Source: Hydrolagus affinis (lineage: Eukaryota). Taken from it: DNA of 64,000 bases. A program made the translations under genes and the position numbers. The DNA is taken from NCBI GenBank assembly GCA_012026655.1, contig JAAILG010000197.1, forward strand, positions 62,001 to 126,000, given 5' to 3'. Shown here one piece after another: positions 1-14,100 of the stretch (positions are counted from its first letter, which is position 1; every line of letters begins with the position of its first letter). The notes beneath the pieces are model-generated. The model did no database searches and was not told the origin of the DNA. It was given only the letters and a program-made list of their open reading frames with translations.

Positions 1-429
1 TAGTTTTTCTTTGAATTTCAGATTAATCTTCAGTATTTTTTACAGTCTGAATCATACTTGTTTTGATCAAAATTTCAGGAACGCTTTGTCACCAATGATC
101 AATTTGACATTCAGTTATTACATGACTGAATTTAACCCCTGCAAATTCCTCCAGCCATCCTTAAATGAGTTTGCAGTGAATTATATTTTTATTACATATT
201 TATTATTTTTTAATTGTTTATCTGTTTTTCATTTAGGGAGGAGCACACCCATTTATTTCTTGGGTATGCAAAACTTCATCTTTTATCTCCTTCATAATCC
301 TCAACATTGTATTCGAGGACTACGCAATATGGCGGCTTGACGGTGACACCTCGGTCTGTGCATTGGGTATAGAGATAATCCTTCCAGGTCTTTTTTTAGT
401 TCAGTGGTGTGGAGCAAGTTTTCGCTCTG

Positions 430-500
430 ACCTGACAGGAATTGAACCCAGATCCCTTGCTTGTAAAGTGAGTGCTCTAACCACTGAGCTGCAGGACTCC
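430..500 (-). mobile_element. tRNA-derived SINE 5' head (young family)
   Basis: Reverse complement GGAGTCCTGCAGCTCAGTGGTTAGAGCAC...GGGTTCAATTCC has Pol III A and B boxes; same head at 30885, 33704(-) and 44232. Confidence 0.8.
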
Positions 501-3500
501 ATTACAATAAAAACTGTGAAAAATAATAAAATAATAATAAAATAATGAATATATAATAATCATTATTATATTTTTATAATAATATGAACAATAATAACAA
601 AAAATAACAATTAATAAATTAATAATAATAAAATAATTATAAAATTGGTCAACCTATTAGCACAAATGTATCAGCGCTCTAATGAGATAAAGGACATAAA
701 AAAAACAGAATTGTCCCCTAAACATTTTTGATAGCGGCCATGTTTATTACTATACTGTATTTGAAACATTTGCAGCAGATTTGGCTATTACTGAAACAGA
801 ATATCTTTAAAATCCAAAGGTTTATGTTCCCAAGTGATTTACATGATGACAAACCCAGTTCTGAATATGGTCTATGCATACTAAAGAACACCTGCGTATG
901 AGGCATTCAAATTGCTTCTAAATCTACTGGAGTTTTCACATAGTCATTTACTAATGGCAATACGTACTATGAATTCAACTCCCCTTTTCAGACTAACAAT
1001 CACTGCTCATTTCAAATACATGAGGAACATTTTGCTGGATAAAATCCAGACTCAATTGATTCGCTATTGTGCTTTGGACTCGATGAGTGAGGAAGAATTT
1101 CAGCAAATAGCTTCAGATAGCTGTTTTCCAAGACTGGTTCACTGCAGCTTAAAGGATGAAGAAGAAATCCTTTGCTTAACTTCCATCAATAGTATGACAA
1201 AGGAATCCTCTGCAGTTCAATTCACAGCATCGTAAAATTACATTTTCTAATCAGGATTCCAATGGTTTGCTTGAATACCTAGGAACCAGAAGACAAAAGC
1301 ATTGTTCCCTTTCCTCTGCTAGTTTTAAATGTGGTGCAGTGGTAAAACGGTGTTGGCAGAACAGAAGCCCATTGCAGGTAGGTAACTGAACATTTCATCC
1401 AGAGTACCTACCAGTTTATTTTGAAAGTGAATCAGAACATATTGAAAATTAAACTTGCAAACATTCAAAAACTGAGTGATTCAAAACTTAATGTCAATAA
1501 ATCAGGTTTTGTTTAACAACCAGTTCACACAAATTGATAATGTCTGGTTATTGAACGCTGAAAATGAGGTGCATTGATGTAGAAAAACATCTAGGAGAGC
1601 TTTGCCACTAGGATGATTTAAAAGTCAAGTTTACTGTATGTAGGCAATCTTGGCAGCTAATTTATGCTAGCAACATCCAATTTATGGCGAAGAGCTGATT
1701 TATTTGAATATTGTTGGGTGAATTTTGATGTAGGAGGAACAAAACCAAGGTAAATAACCAGAAGAAAGAGTTGCCCTGGGGATGGGGAGTTTGGATCTCA
1801 CTTAAAGCCAATCTGAATTACAATTTACATGGTTGCTATGACTTAAGAAATGACTCAATCAGACAAAGGACAATGCTCTAGAAATGAATATTTAATATTG
1901 AATGTTTTATAGGTAAATGTTGCATAGTAGAGATAGATGCTGCAAATTCAGTAATTAATAAATAAATAGATCAGTAGGTTAAAATTCCGAAAGGCCTACG
2001 CTAAGTATAATTGCAGGCTTTGTGAATCTGAAAACAAAACAGCTTGTGGCAGAGAATGTTTTCTTTGCAAAGTGCAAGAGCAATTTGGGGGTTCAGTAGA
2101 ACCCTATGTGTGTTGCAATTTGGTTTTTAAATATTTTTACATCAGTTTGATTCACTTGTATTATTTATACTTCCAAACATGTGTGAACTTGCTTCATAAT
2201 AATAAGTATTAAAGTTGTACAACAAAATCCACTCATTGCTCAGTCCACATGATTTCTATATGTGATCCTCAATCTGATATAGTTTCCCCCAATATTTCCT
2301 TAGCAGCAGGTAAATGTCAAACCCTTGAAAGAAAATCAAATGATATCAAAGATCCTTGCTGCTAAATAAATGTTAATATTGATTTTTTTGGGTTTTGTAG
2401 TTGTTTGGGTGATTTCTTATCCAGGCAAAATCATTATTGCTGGGAAATAAAATAGGTTCCATTTTCAGGCTGGCATCAGCCACTGATAGAACAGGTATAG
2501 TAAGGCAAGCTGAAGACTAAATATTGTTATTCTCTTCAGCAACCTCTGACTGAGCATTTACTGCTCCAGGGTGACATTCCCATTGCTCAAAGCAGCCATC
2601 CTTGCAGCCAGGTTCAGTGAGATTGCAGGTTGGTGACAATTTTCTACATGGAACTCACAGTGAGCAGAAACTGAGCTGTGGCTACCCAAATTCTTTTTGC
2701 TAACTTGCAAGATTATCATCATAATAATACTTGCATTGGATGCAGCACCTGTATCACTGCAGCATCAAGATGCTATGAAGTGCTTCACAGGTCATACTGT
2801 TAAAGTAGTGTGTGTATTTTGTGGGTGAAATATGCTCTGTGAATTAAGACTCAAAGCCTCAATTTGAACTGGATTTGAGTTCAGATCCTGGATTTAAAAA
2901 ATAATTAAGCTATCAAGGTTAGGAGCTCAGCTGCCACAAAAATAAATATATAATTTAAACTACATGATTACATTATTGTGGTGCACAATCTACCATTCTC
3001 TTTAAAGGATAAGCTAAACAATAATAATTTGGTCACTCAATCCATGACTGACTGGTGGTGTGGCTTGTGGTAATGGTTGAGTTACTAACCGGATTCTCTC
3101 TAGGGTAGAGATAGATGGCTTTCCTTACTAATGTTTCATGGTAACAGCTGGTTTACTGCACTTAACCATGAGAGTACATATACCATTCACTTCATACATC
3201 CAGGAATTATAATTAGATTTGGCATTGTAATGCCAATGTTGTTGTTGTAATGAACTCCATTGGTCTCACACCTGATCAACACTGAGATGAAAGTATGCTG
3301 TTGCTCTCTCTCTCCTTCACTGTTAGGAGAAATTTGAGATGATATATTATCTTTTCAGTATCACTGTTTAATGTGTGCTAATGGGCAGGCATCAAGACGT
3401 CTGATCATTTTATGGTTAGCAGGTTTACCAAACTGCATGTTAATGGAATAATTAAGAGTCTCATCATGAGAGAAGTCTATATTGTACATGGGGCATTTTA

Positions 3501-3839
3501 AAAGGAATTTCTGGGTGTTAGAAATAAGAAGTATGCTCTTCGATATGACAAGAACACTTTTTTTTTGCACTGTGTCAAGCTGTTGTAGTCTATTCAAGTT
3601 TTCTGCTGTGCTGTGCAAAGCTATTTCCTCTCTAATTTCCCTTCGGAATTGTGAAACCTTACTTGAAATCAATCCAAGTGATCAAATCACTATTTATTTT
3701 GTGGCATTTCCACCCGATGAAAAAAAATGAAATATGTATTCCATGTTCAGATTTTGCTTGATCAAATGGAGTGAAATACAGTCTAACTTATTTGTAGAAA
3801 ATGAAAGAAGCAGTAACCACTCTTAAACCCCCTCAGCGA

Positions 3840-4050
3840 CATCCTCCCCATGACCAGCACTGCCTTCCACCATCTCCATAATACTGCCAAACTCCATCAC
3901 TGCCTCACTCCTCAGGCTGCCGAAACCCTCGTCCATGCATTCGTCACATCAAGGCTCGACTGTGGAAACTTCCTTTTCGTTGGCCTTCATGGCTCTTCCA
4001 TTCACAAGCTGCAGATCATCCAGAACTCTGCAGCTCGTGTCTTCTTCAGC
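3840..4050 (+). mobile_element. L2 LINE ORF2 C-terminal fragment
   Basis: Translation AFHHLHNTAKL...AETLVHAFVTSRLDCGN...KLQIIQNSAARV matches the L2 post-RT motif; homologous to copies at 42.4 kb and 56.5 kb. Confidence 0.85.
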
Positions 4051-4074
4051 ACCTCCGTTCAGTGGGCTCCTGTC

Positions 4075-4206
4075 TACTCCATGCACCCGGCACTTCAATG
4101 CATTTTTCCGGATAAATTCCGGTTAATCGAATGCAGATCTTTTTTTGCGATGCCAGTTATATGGAAGTTAAGGTTGATCGGGTGCTGGATAAATGGGCTC
4201 TTACTG
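4075..4206. mobile_element. Right-end fragment of a Tigger-like DNA transposon
   Basis: Ends GCTGGATAAATGGGCTCTTACTG|TA, the reverse complement of the left TIR at 51284; the internal TTTTCCGGATAA..TCCGGTT is shared with 51887-51910. Confidence 0.7.
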
Positions 4207-4553
4207 TATGTTAACAGAGGGTGTTAATGCGATTTGATCTTAGTCAATATGATTCTGCTTGGGAGATGCTGGCCTAGCCTGAATATAAAGTAAGAGTCAA
4301 ATGTAATTTTGTTGTTGTTGTTAAACGTCATTCTTCAGAGTGCTGTGCTGTGAAACGTGGCTGCAAAATGCACTGACCTCCCAAAACAAGGTACTGTACT
4401 AAAGTATTTTTCCATCACATAAGCAGAAAAAAGAGTAGAAGTTTGCCCTCAATGTAAGGAAAACAACGTATTTGGAGTGCGGACAGTTGAAAGGCGAGGT
4501 GAAACTCTGTGAGATATTCTTCTGACGTAAAAGGAGCTATGTGAATATATTTT

Positions 4554-4720
4554 TTTAAATTGGTCATTCAATCCATGATTGTTTGTGGGACACTATTGTG
4601 CGCAATTAGCTGCTGCGTTTCACCCCAAAAATATACAGTCAATTCACTTTACAGTATATTCTGTGAAATGCTTTGAGACATCTTGGAGATACCAACTATA
4701 TCAATTGCAAGGATTATTAA
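4554..4720 (+). mobile_element. SINE 3' half
   Basis: GTTTGTGGGACAC...GCTGCTGCGTTTC...TTTGAGAC...GCAAGGATTATT, recurring many times in the window. Confidence 0.8.
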
Positions 4721-6469
4721 ACTTCAGTATAAATTATTGTTGTTATATTTGTAACTAATTGGCCTGGAATGCTCATCTAAAATATATAAACGTTGAAACA
4801 TGAGGCAATGATTTAGAAGCTGGTAATTACATTTGTGTGTTCAGATGAGCTCAGAACCTAAAAAGAACAAAGCTTGCGCAGTTTACAAATGTCATCTGAT
4901 CCGTAGTATGGAATTAGAACTCTTATCTCCATCCCTAATATTGGTTAGTTCGTGTTATGCATAATCTATGCATTATGCATTGCTTCAGTTGTCCCACTGC
5001 GTATTCACAAGTTTACGAAAGGTCCTTTTGTTTTTGTGATAGTGCTGGTATAATGAAGGCCAAAAGGAAATGACAGGACTATGATTTAATGGTGTTCATG
5101 TAAATATGTCCAGTATATATAAAAAAGATTTATACAGTAATGGCTGCAGTGTAACAATATTAAGGGTGATATTATATTTGGGTATTTTAAATCCATTTGG
5201 ACAAGTTAATATGGCATTTCCAGGGTCAGATATGGGTCATGCTCTTACTTAATCAAATAATGACCTGCTAAAACTGACATATCATGCACAGAGCCCAGTG
5301 GGATGGAAGAACAAGCAGGCAGGTGAGCAACAGCTCAGAAACTGTGCTAGAAAAAGATGTGAAGTATTGTTTCACTCAGTTTTTTTTGTCTCTTCCTTCT
5401 GTACTTCATTGTTTCCCGAGCTTTAAGCATGTGGTGCAATGATACCAGCTGAGTGACACTGGTTGAGAGGGAAGAGAGGCAGAGACAAAGATTGTCAAGC
5501 TGACCCCAGGACTCAGCTATCCTGCTTTTGGTCTTAAACCTGGGAGATTTGGTAGAGTGGCAAAGACTGATTCTGGCCTCCGAGGTTGAATGCATCTCTG
5601 TACAGATATCCACCTACCTAATCAATCTTTATTTCCGTTTATGAATGAATTCTTTTCACGCTGCTGCTCTTTTGTCACTTGCTTGAGCCGACATACACTG
5701 TGCCCAGCTGCAGGAATTGACACCATCTGGCATCCGCTTGGGAGCAAGAGATACAATTGGGAACAAGTCCAAAAACAGCAACTTCAGGACTGAACAAGTT
5801 AAATTGCTAATCGGAGAAACATATTGATGGACTAAATTCCTCAACATGGAAATTAACATAAATAGTGTCTTAATAAGCAACCTGTTTATAACAACATCCA
5901 TCCAAACTCATTACACGATTCATTGACCAGCCATTTTCAAGCTGATTCGCATCAGTCTGAAGCCAGACCAGATGATTTTTCCATGTAACGTATGAATGAT
6001 TTTCAAAGAAATGGCTGTGGCATCAGGTACATTTTGTCTCTCATTGAACTCCACTGAGCATCTGATTGATCGGATGGATTTTCAACTGTTTTAAGGCCTC
6101 GGCCAAAAAGGAAAATTTGTTTATTGGAAAAAACAGGGATATGATATCAGGAGACAAGTTACCTTATTAAGTAAGATCATAATAATCATTTCTAGAAATT
6201 GCTGTGATGTACTGACAGATAAATCTTGTTGAGCTCAGCGATAAACTTCCTAGCATTAAAAAAAAATCCACAGTAAAAGGCATTATAATTGTTTTTTAAT
6301 CAATTTGTTTTTATCAGAGCAATTACAAATTCAGCTGAGGTGCACAGGTATGCCTGGTGGAGAATAACAGCACAATGTTCTATCAATAAAAGCTGCTAGC
6401 TATGATAGAGTAAATGCAAAACAAAACCTTCAGAAACCTCAATGCAGCAGCACCAGATCTCTCTGAGAC

Positions 6470-6800
6470 TTTATCTTACTTATCCTCTGCTGATACTCCA
6501 CTCCACTACCCATTGCCTTCGCTCAGGTAGCATGGATTTTCTCCACATCCTTTGCTCCTTCCATTCATCGATTGGCAGCTGTGCTTTTGGCCAGTGTGTC
6601 CTGAATATCTGGAACTCCCTATCTCAATCCCTACTCTGGCTCGCTCTTTGCTCAACTTCAAATCACATTAGAAGACTTTCCTCTTCAACCATACCACGTG
6701 TCACTTCCCCTCTCTTTCCAGCTCCACGTTGAAAAACACCCAATTGTGAAGTGCTCAGAGAAACTATTTGAGTGAAGGGTGCTATATAAATGGAAGTAAC
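6470..6800 (+). mobile_element. L2 LINE 3' end, degraded
   Basis: GSCAFGQCVLNIWNSL resembles the L2 G-RAFS-AP-LWNSLP motif; ends GCTATATAAATGGAAG. Confidence 0.65.
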
Positions 6801-8004
6801 TATTATATTCTGGGAATGCCTATTGTGGAGGCATCTGGCAAAGCTGAGTGATCACTAATTACAAGTCCTGCCTGAGATATATGGAGACAGGAAGCACCTT
6901 GATGGTTTGAAGCATATAGATACATAAGAGTATATCATTTATTGGCAGTGACAATCAATGAGCATGGTCAAGAGTTTCAAAACTCTTGAAGTTTGTGTGA
7001 GAGGCTGCACATGATGAAATGAAAATTGTGATGTGTGAAAGAAAGATAGGAAAAGAGGAACGGTAGGATGCCATTCAGCCCATCAAGCTTATTACATTTC
7101 TGCAGATCTTTTAAAATAATGTCCCAACCTTTCATCATACCCCTTGATGACTGTATTTACTGTTCAATCATCCCTATTGATTCTGCCTCTTAGTCTTGAT
7201 ATTTCCGGAGCAGAACATTTCTCATCTCAACAAACCAACATGTGAAGAAATGCTTCCTGACCTCAACACTAACTCAGTAAATTCCTCAATTCAGCTAAGT
7301 GGGATGTAAAATGCAGCAAATATGCTATAATCTGAGGGTCGCCAGGTTTGTTACATTCTTCATACTGGCTGAAAAATGATTGTAAGCAAGAAATTCTCAG
7401 CACAGTGTTATCCAACTGGTTTGTTCTGCGACCTATAATAACTAATCTCAGGTAGTTTGTAAGGTAGAAGCTCTCTCTCATCAAAAAGTTAACAGCAGCA
7501 GAGCCTGAGATGAATGAAATAGAGCTACCTTTCGCTAAATTCAAAAGTGAGTAAGACTGTACTGGATGTGATTCTCTCCGACAGCTGTCTTAGCTAGGTT
7601 AAATTCTTTCCCTTTGTGTCGCACTTTAAAGAAGTAGACTGCATAAATAAACACGTTCTGCCAGTGAGTTGATCTTCATTTTCTGCCGTAGGACTCTTTT
7701 TTTGTATTAGCGAAGCATTGGAGTGAGAGCATGAGACAAATGTGTATTACAATCATTGTGTGCATTTACTTTATGTGTGCAATAGGCAACATTCATCCCA
7801 TTACACAGTTATGCTTTCTCATCTCGTTGAATTCCCAGGGCACCTTGGACTGGCTTTCTACAAAAACCTATATGAGTTTTATTTATCCCCTTTCCCAACA
7901 TTGAAACTGCATAAATGCTTTTGCCTAAAATAAAATCCCAGGCACTTTATTCCTGAGGTGAGGAGAATGTGTTAGTGCTGTTGAAGAGTTTTCAGCCATT
8001 TTTA

Positions 8005-8290
8005 TTAAGACAGATAGATAGGAGGGAGTGGGGGGCAATCAAGATGGAGTTCCAGAGGGTAGCTCAGCCACCTACGGTTTGGTTGTAGGGATGTGCAGCA
8101 GGTCTGAGAAGGCAAACAGAAGATTGCAAATGGAGAGGGTAACAGAGATAACCGAGGTCGACAGGAACAAGGGTGTGAAGGGATTTGTAGGTGAGAGAGG
8201 ATCCTGATCACAATCCAATGGGAAACAGGAAGCATGGGAGGCTGGCAAGGACTGGGATGTAAAATTTGATGCTAGTTAGGATATGAGCTG
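8005..8290 (-). mobile_element. L2 LINE fragment
   Basis: Purine-rich segment similar to the minus-strand L2 copies at 18.3 kb and 56.2 kb (TGGAGTTCCAGAGGGTAG). Confidence 0.55.
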
Positions 8291-8656
8291 TATCTTATGC
8301 AGGTTGACAAAAGCAGTACCCAACCACTAGAAAAAGACTGGTGATATGAACTACTTTCTTCAAGGAAACCCCTGTACATCAACACTTTTGATCCAAGAAG
8401 ATTTGAGGTTGGAGATGAAGTCTCTTGAGTCAAAATGACTTACAGTAACCTGCATAAAACAGGTTATGCTGGATGTACTTTTTGGTGCTTACAATATGAC
8501 TACCCTATTCAGCTCCATTGATAAGTGACAGTGTGGCATGTGTTGGAAGTTTACTTATGATTTATTAAGTGCAGTTTGCCAGGTTTTGCATTTGCCTCTT
8601 GAATTTTCTCAATGAGAAAGAACAACAAAGGGAATAGTCATAGATCTTCAAAGGAA

Positions 8657-8704
8657 GTCGACATGTAACGTGCCTTTCAGGCTGTCGACATGTAACGTGC
8701 CTTT
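8657..8704. repeat. Perfect 21-bp direct repeat with 6-bp spacer
   Basis: GTCGACATGTAACGTGCCTTT at 8657-8677 and 8684-8704. Confidence 0.95.
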
Positions 8705-9649
8705 AGCAAGTTCACAAAGATGTCCAAAAGGAAATTGCTTGATGTTGGAACTAGTGAGCCAAACTTGGATGAATTGTTCAGTTCAGCTTAAATAATGAAA
8801 ACCAAATCCAGTTGACAAAGTTTGAAATGAATGTTGTTTCAGTTGTGTTTGCTAGCTTACTCCGGTCCAATACTCCATGAATGTTTCTGAAATGGCTATG
8901 CTGAAGCAACATACAAGTAAACTCCTAGGAATTAAGTGTTCATTTGATCGTTATGAACTGAGAATAGCAATGTGATTGCGGAGCTCCTGAACATAAATAA
9001 TGTATGAATTCCATTTCAGTACTGCAGTCGATCAAGTGCACTGTATTGCTGTGAGTGAACGAATGCATCAACATTCCAATGTATTCAAATTGTGTGTGTG
9101 AATGATACTTTCAAGATTAAATTTTAGGCAGTGACTACCCGAAATATAGCTAAATGCCTGTTTTGATGTCTGTATAAATGTAAATCTGTTCTATCATTTG
9201 TTATGAAAGACTGTTATTCTTTCAATTTGTATGCTTCATGCATAATTGTTATATGTTTGCCCACAGGCTATAACATGATCATTAATCAGCAAACAAAAAT
9301 ATCTTGCTTTTTAAAGTGATGAGTAATACTTATTCATTACTGGAGACCTACTGACTACAGATTAAGACGGCCTTTATTATTTGTGGATGTATCGAGGTTG
9401 GTGGATTGCAGCAGTTTCAGGGAAGGGAATACAGACAGAAAATATATTCCTATTTCTGTCGGTTAAGGTGAAGTGAGTGGCAGTTTTTTTTTCACTCACT
9501 TTTAGAGATGTCTTACTTAAAATAAAAGTGGATGCCTATGGGGCTATAGTATTTTATAGACAGAATGTTTGAACATTTGTAAGTATGCAACGGCTGTAGA
9601 AAAATTTGCTCAGAAGAAATTGTATTGAACAACTTCACTGTTGTCAAAG

Positions 9650-9925
9650 TGGAAACAAGTGGGCATAATCTTAAAATTAGAGCCAGGCCATTTAGGAGTG
9701 AAAACAGAAAGCATTTATCACGCAAAGGCTAGTGGAATTCTGGAACTCTCTCCTCCAAAACGCTGTGAATGCTCCATTCAAATTTTCAAGACTGAGGTGG
9801 ATTTTTGTAAGGGTAACAAGGGGTATGGAGCAAAGGTGGAAAATTGGAGTTGAGTTATAGATCCAATAGAATTGTGGAATAGGCTTGAGGGACTAATATT
9901 GAGGGACTATATCCTAGGTTCCTAT
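9650..9925 (+). mobile_element. CR1 LINE 3' end
   Basis: Frameshifted RKH..TQRLVEFWNSL motif followed by a CR1-like 3' UTR. Confidence 0.65.
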
Positions 9926-10039
9926 AAAACAAATGATTTGGTCTTGCAGAGTTTATAATAATCATTGCATTTGATATAGTGTCTATAATTTGATATGACA
10001 TCTATAATAGGCAAAACTTCCTTCTCTTTTTTGAATAGT

Positions 10040-10225
10040 ACAATAGAATCTTTAACATCCACCTCAACACACAGCAGGTCTTTAAGTTCAATGTATCACT
10101 GAAGGTTGGCACCTCCAACACTGTTGCTCCCTGTCCAACTCTGCACTGTAGTGTAGGCCTCAACGAGAACAACAAATTGCATTTATATAGCACCTTTTAC
10201 TTCAGGAGGATATCCCAAGGCAATG
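10040..10225 (-). mobile_element. Deu-domain SINE fragment plus L2-type tail
   Basis: ATCTTTAACATCCACC...CACCTCCAACACTG is the reverse complement of the Deu core seen at 46040-46130; tail AACAACAAATTGCATTTATATAGCACC. Confidence 0.6.
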
Positions 10226-13199
10226 GGATGTCCTTACCTTGAAAAGGGAGGCATATTGTTTATTGATGGAGCAGTATCCCCATCAAATAAGTACTTTATT
10301 TTGCAATAAATATAATAAATAAAAATTGTACGTGCATTTAGAACTGTTTAGCTTGTGCTCCCATCATGAAAGGCAGTATACAAATGTAATTTTGTTGTTG
10401 TTTGTAGGGTGTTTTAAGGAATAGAAAAGAAACTCAGGTGCAGAATGTGTACAGAGAAGAAATATCAAATCTCTTAAACATTAGGGAAACATTTGATATT
10501 GCTCATGTTTGTTCAAATCAAATCAGAGCACCCAAATTCATAAAGTATCACACAAGGAATGCAACACCGTAATAGGAAAATTGCAGAAAATCAGATTGCA
10601 CTGGAAGTATGTGTACTTTAATACCAAACACACAGTTACTGCTTTGTGCAAAACAGAGATATCACAAAAATGATTATTTTGGGATGAGTTTCTAACCAAC
10701 CATGTTTTTCCCCTTGCCTTCTGGACAGTGCATTCCACATTCTCACAGTAATTGTGTACAGAAAGGTTTTCTGGATTCACTTGTAGCAAGCTTAGCTCTA
10801 ATTGCACCTACTTTTACTTGTCCTTCATTACCTCTTGTAAGGTACCCGTGGTCTTCACCATCGGATGAATTATTCATTACCAAAGACATAAAATCCCGAG
10901 CGACTGTGAAAACAATAATCTTTATTCCTCCCTCCCCAGCTTTCTCTATTAATAAATGACGTCCAGCTGCTTTTAATTTTACTTTTGACAGGAAAAGATG
11001 TATCTGCATGATTAGCCTGGCACGGAGCTCTAAACTATTATCAATTACACTAATTAAAGTCAAATAGAAAGAACACTTGTCGTTGTTCTCAAAATTTAGA
11101 TGCTGTAAATCCGTGCATTTAGTGAATCCTCTTATTTTATGTGAATTACTGTGGCATTGGGCTTGATCCATTCTTCTTGATTATTTTAGACAAACTCATA
11201 TAAAGCAAATGGGTTTTAAATGGACATCTCTACCCCACAATAAACCATCAAAGTAACGGAAGAGAAAACCCAATGAAGGCAACACTGCCCAACAACTACT
11301 TGCACAGAACATATCCTCAGGATCACAGGAACAGAAGTAGGTCATTTGCCAAGCTCTTGAGCCTGTTTCCAGAGGGAGGGTTGAAAAAATGCAAGTGGGA
11401 TTTAGTGATACAGTGAGTTCCTTCACTACTGAACCTTGGATTTGAATCTAAGATTAAATGTTGTGACATGGGAGTCAGTGTATGCAATGGGCAAATCTAT
11501 TTTCTAGTGCTTAGCATCATTCGATTTACTGATCAAGAATAAAGGAGATTAAGCCCATCCGCCTTGGCACTCGCTTGACTTTTTTTGTTACACAGACTAT
11601 TTACATTCCATACGGTTTTAATTGCATAGTTGTCCGATGAAGCAGAATTATGTCCATTTCCTTGGCAAGTGCTACAATCAAGTGAGTTTCATTATACAAC
11701 ACAAAACTCAATGTAATCCATAGGTTCACAATTCCTAAAATCACCTGTTTCCATGGCTTCTTTAGCTGAAAGATCACTTCCTCGTATTCTTTGTGCTTGC
11801 CTCTGCACAAAATCCTTCTTCAGAGTAATCCAAGTAATTTCCAGACAATTAAAAATAAACCTCCTTGATACTTTTTCTTTTTAACAGGGAACCGTTGGAC
11901 CTCTTTTCATAGCTCAATGGTCTGAACTCGAACCGTTTTAATTGACATAATCCCCTACAGTTTTTTTGTGACACTTCGTAAGTGAGGTGATAAACACCAG
12001 TCAAAATTCTCCACATGTGATCAGATCACACTGCTTTGTTTAATGGCAGAGTGTCTTTTACCTAATGTTTAATCGAGGGATCTTCTTTATCATCTTAACT
12101 GATCCATTTACACCTGCAATCATGGACATGCAACACCATGATTGGGAGCTAGCAAGGCAGTTTTAGCTGGGAAAACTCCAGCAATACCTCTTTGTACACT
12201 CTGACGTCCTCAAGCCTTGATTCTTAAGTAAGACAGGTGCCTCACATCAACTGATAGTGTTTGCATTCCATTCCCGACACAGGGGAATTTCCATGCTTAT
12301 GTGCAGTAAGATGTGGCACTCTCAGTCTGATTGGTATACTCCTAAGAACGGTGATGGGTTTCTGCATGTGTCATACAGGTTCTGTCAGACTTCCCTGATC
12401 CAAAAAAAATCAGAAGAATCAACCAGCATATCTGAATATTTTATCTGGTCCCATCTCACTTGTTTAACCAAAATATACTAGAGTTTTGGATATTTGGATC
12501 GATTAGTTCATTATTAGCTGTTAGTTGGTTAAACTCCAACAGTAACTCCAAAGCATACTCTGAAGTTCCAGGGTTTGGCTCTTGTGAACCTGCCCCTAAT
12601 ATATTCCGGTATTAGGTGAGTAGGACTCGCCCTTCAGGGAAGAGAGTGCGGACTTCATTAAAGATTAAGGGAAATGTCAGTGCATAGGATACTCTTGAGC
12701 ATAGTGATAGGTTTCTTTGTGAGTCTGATATCTAGCTGACCTAACAAATCTTATCCCTAGTACACCAGATTGGACTCAGTTAGTCTTACAAGATATTTTA
12801 CTTTTGACTGCCAGTGAGAGCAAGATTTTTGCAATTGCACGCAATTCAACTCAAGTGTGGAAATGAAAGCAAGACAAGCCTGATGGGTTTAATGCTTCTC
12901 TAGTTATTGTATTCCTCAAAGCCAAGGGGGAATAATGTTAGAAAGATCTTTCTTGCTGCTTTGATAACTTAAATGATGATACATGCTCATTGTGTATTTT
13001 CTTCTTAATAAAATGTGATGACAGTTTGTTGTACTAGTAATTTGAAGTAAAACGTTGATGTTCATTGATGGTAATTGGTGAAGCAATAAAATTATTACAC
13101 CAGCACTGAACTCTGGTTTACTTACAAGTCCTCTGAGATTATTTAGTTTCTTCATGCAGTGAAGAAAGGTCTATATTTTCAGTTCCAGACCAATTGTTC

Positions 13200-14100
13200 C
13201 TTCAAAGCCATGCACCTCAATACTTAATAATCAAAGTTGATTTCAATGCAGAGGTGTTCCCTGGAGATGTTATCACCATTGTTACATCCCATCAAATTTG
13301 TAAGATATTTATTGGAATGGAATGTACACTCTCCCTGGAGGGATGCATCCATACTAATTCCGGAGAGTATTATTTGCAGGTTGACAAGAGTGAAAGCGTA
13401 GTGACCCCAGAATGTGTGTTGGATATACTGACCAGCTAAGCATTGGAAGCACTCTATGGATTTAAAAAAAAATTGGAAGCCTTCCCACTGTTCAGCTAGG
13501 ACCACCCTACCCATTGTGGCTTGGCTTGCAAGTTAACTGGAGTTGAATGGGAAAAGTCTCTGCCTCCCAGTGACTAGTCTGCCCTTCCAAGTCCATCTGA
13601 TGAATCAACCTGGCTGGGCTGTCATTGGCGGTACCCTGGAGTATTGCAGACCCTGCTGGCTCAGAAAAAGGATAATAGAGACCACCACAGAGGATTGGTT
13701 TGATTCTGTGGGCAAACAGATCATTATGGAGCAAGTTCAGTTCCAAGGAGTCACCATACTTACTACCCCACAAGGAGGATAATCACTCAGTAGTCATTTG
13801 ATGCTGGACAAGCATGATTTTGAGCCTTCACTAGGTGGATGGCAGATATTATGAACTCCCTATGAGCTTCCTGATGGACAACACAGCTCAGCATGAAATG
13901 TTTGACAGCATTGCCACCACTTTTCTGCCCACAGCTTGAACACACATCCCTTCACATTGAGCGTTGATTCTACCAGTTGGAGGTGCAGTGCTTGAGCAGC
14001 TGTTGCTTATCTCTCTGAAAACCAATCAAAGTGGATTCCAAGCCCTGGATATATGAACGTATGTTCATGAACTGAGACTCCAGGGGTTGTCTCTCTTCCA
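13200..14100 (-). mobile_element. Possible RTE-clade LINE relic, highly degraded
   Basis: Broken minus-strand frames loosely resemble the RTE ORF C-terminus; no clean motif. Confidence 0.3.

Noticed and set aside
912-1235. 107-aa ORF and the other short ORFs in the track
   Set aside because: No recognisable domain or exon structure; consistent with chance ORFs
4044-4070. REST/RE1-like TTCAGCACC half-site
   Set aside because: Second half-site GGACAG is absent and it lies at the end of an L2 fragment
13575-13600. CTGATGA hammerhead-like core (also near 17833 and 18932)
   Set aside because: No convincing flanking stems or correctly placed GAAA seen
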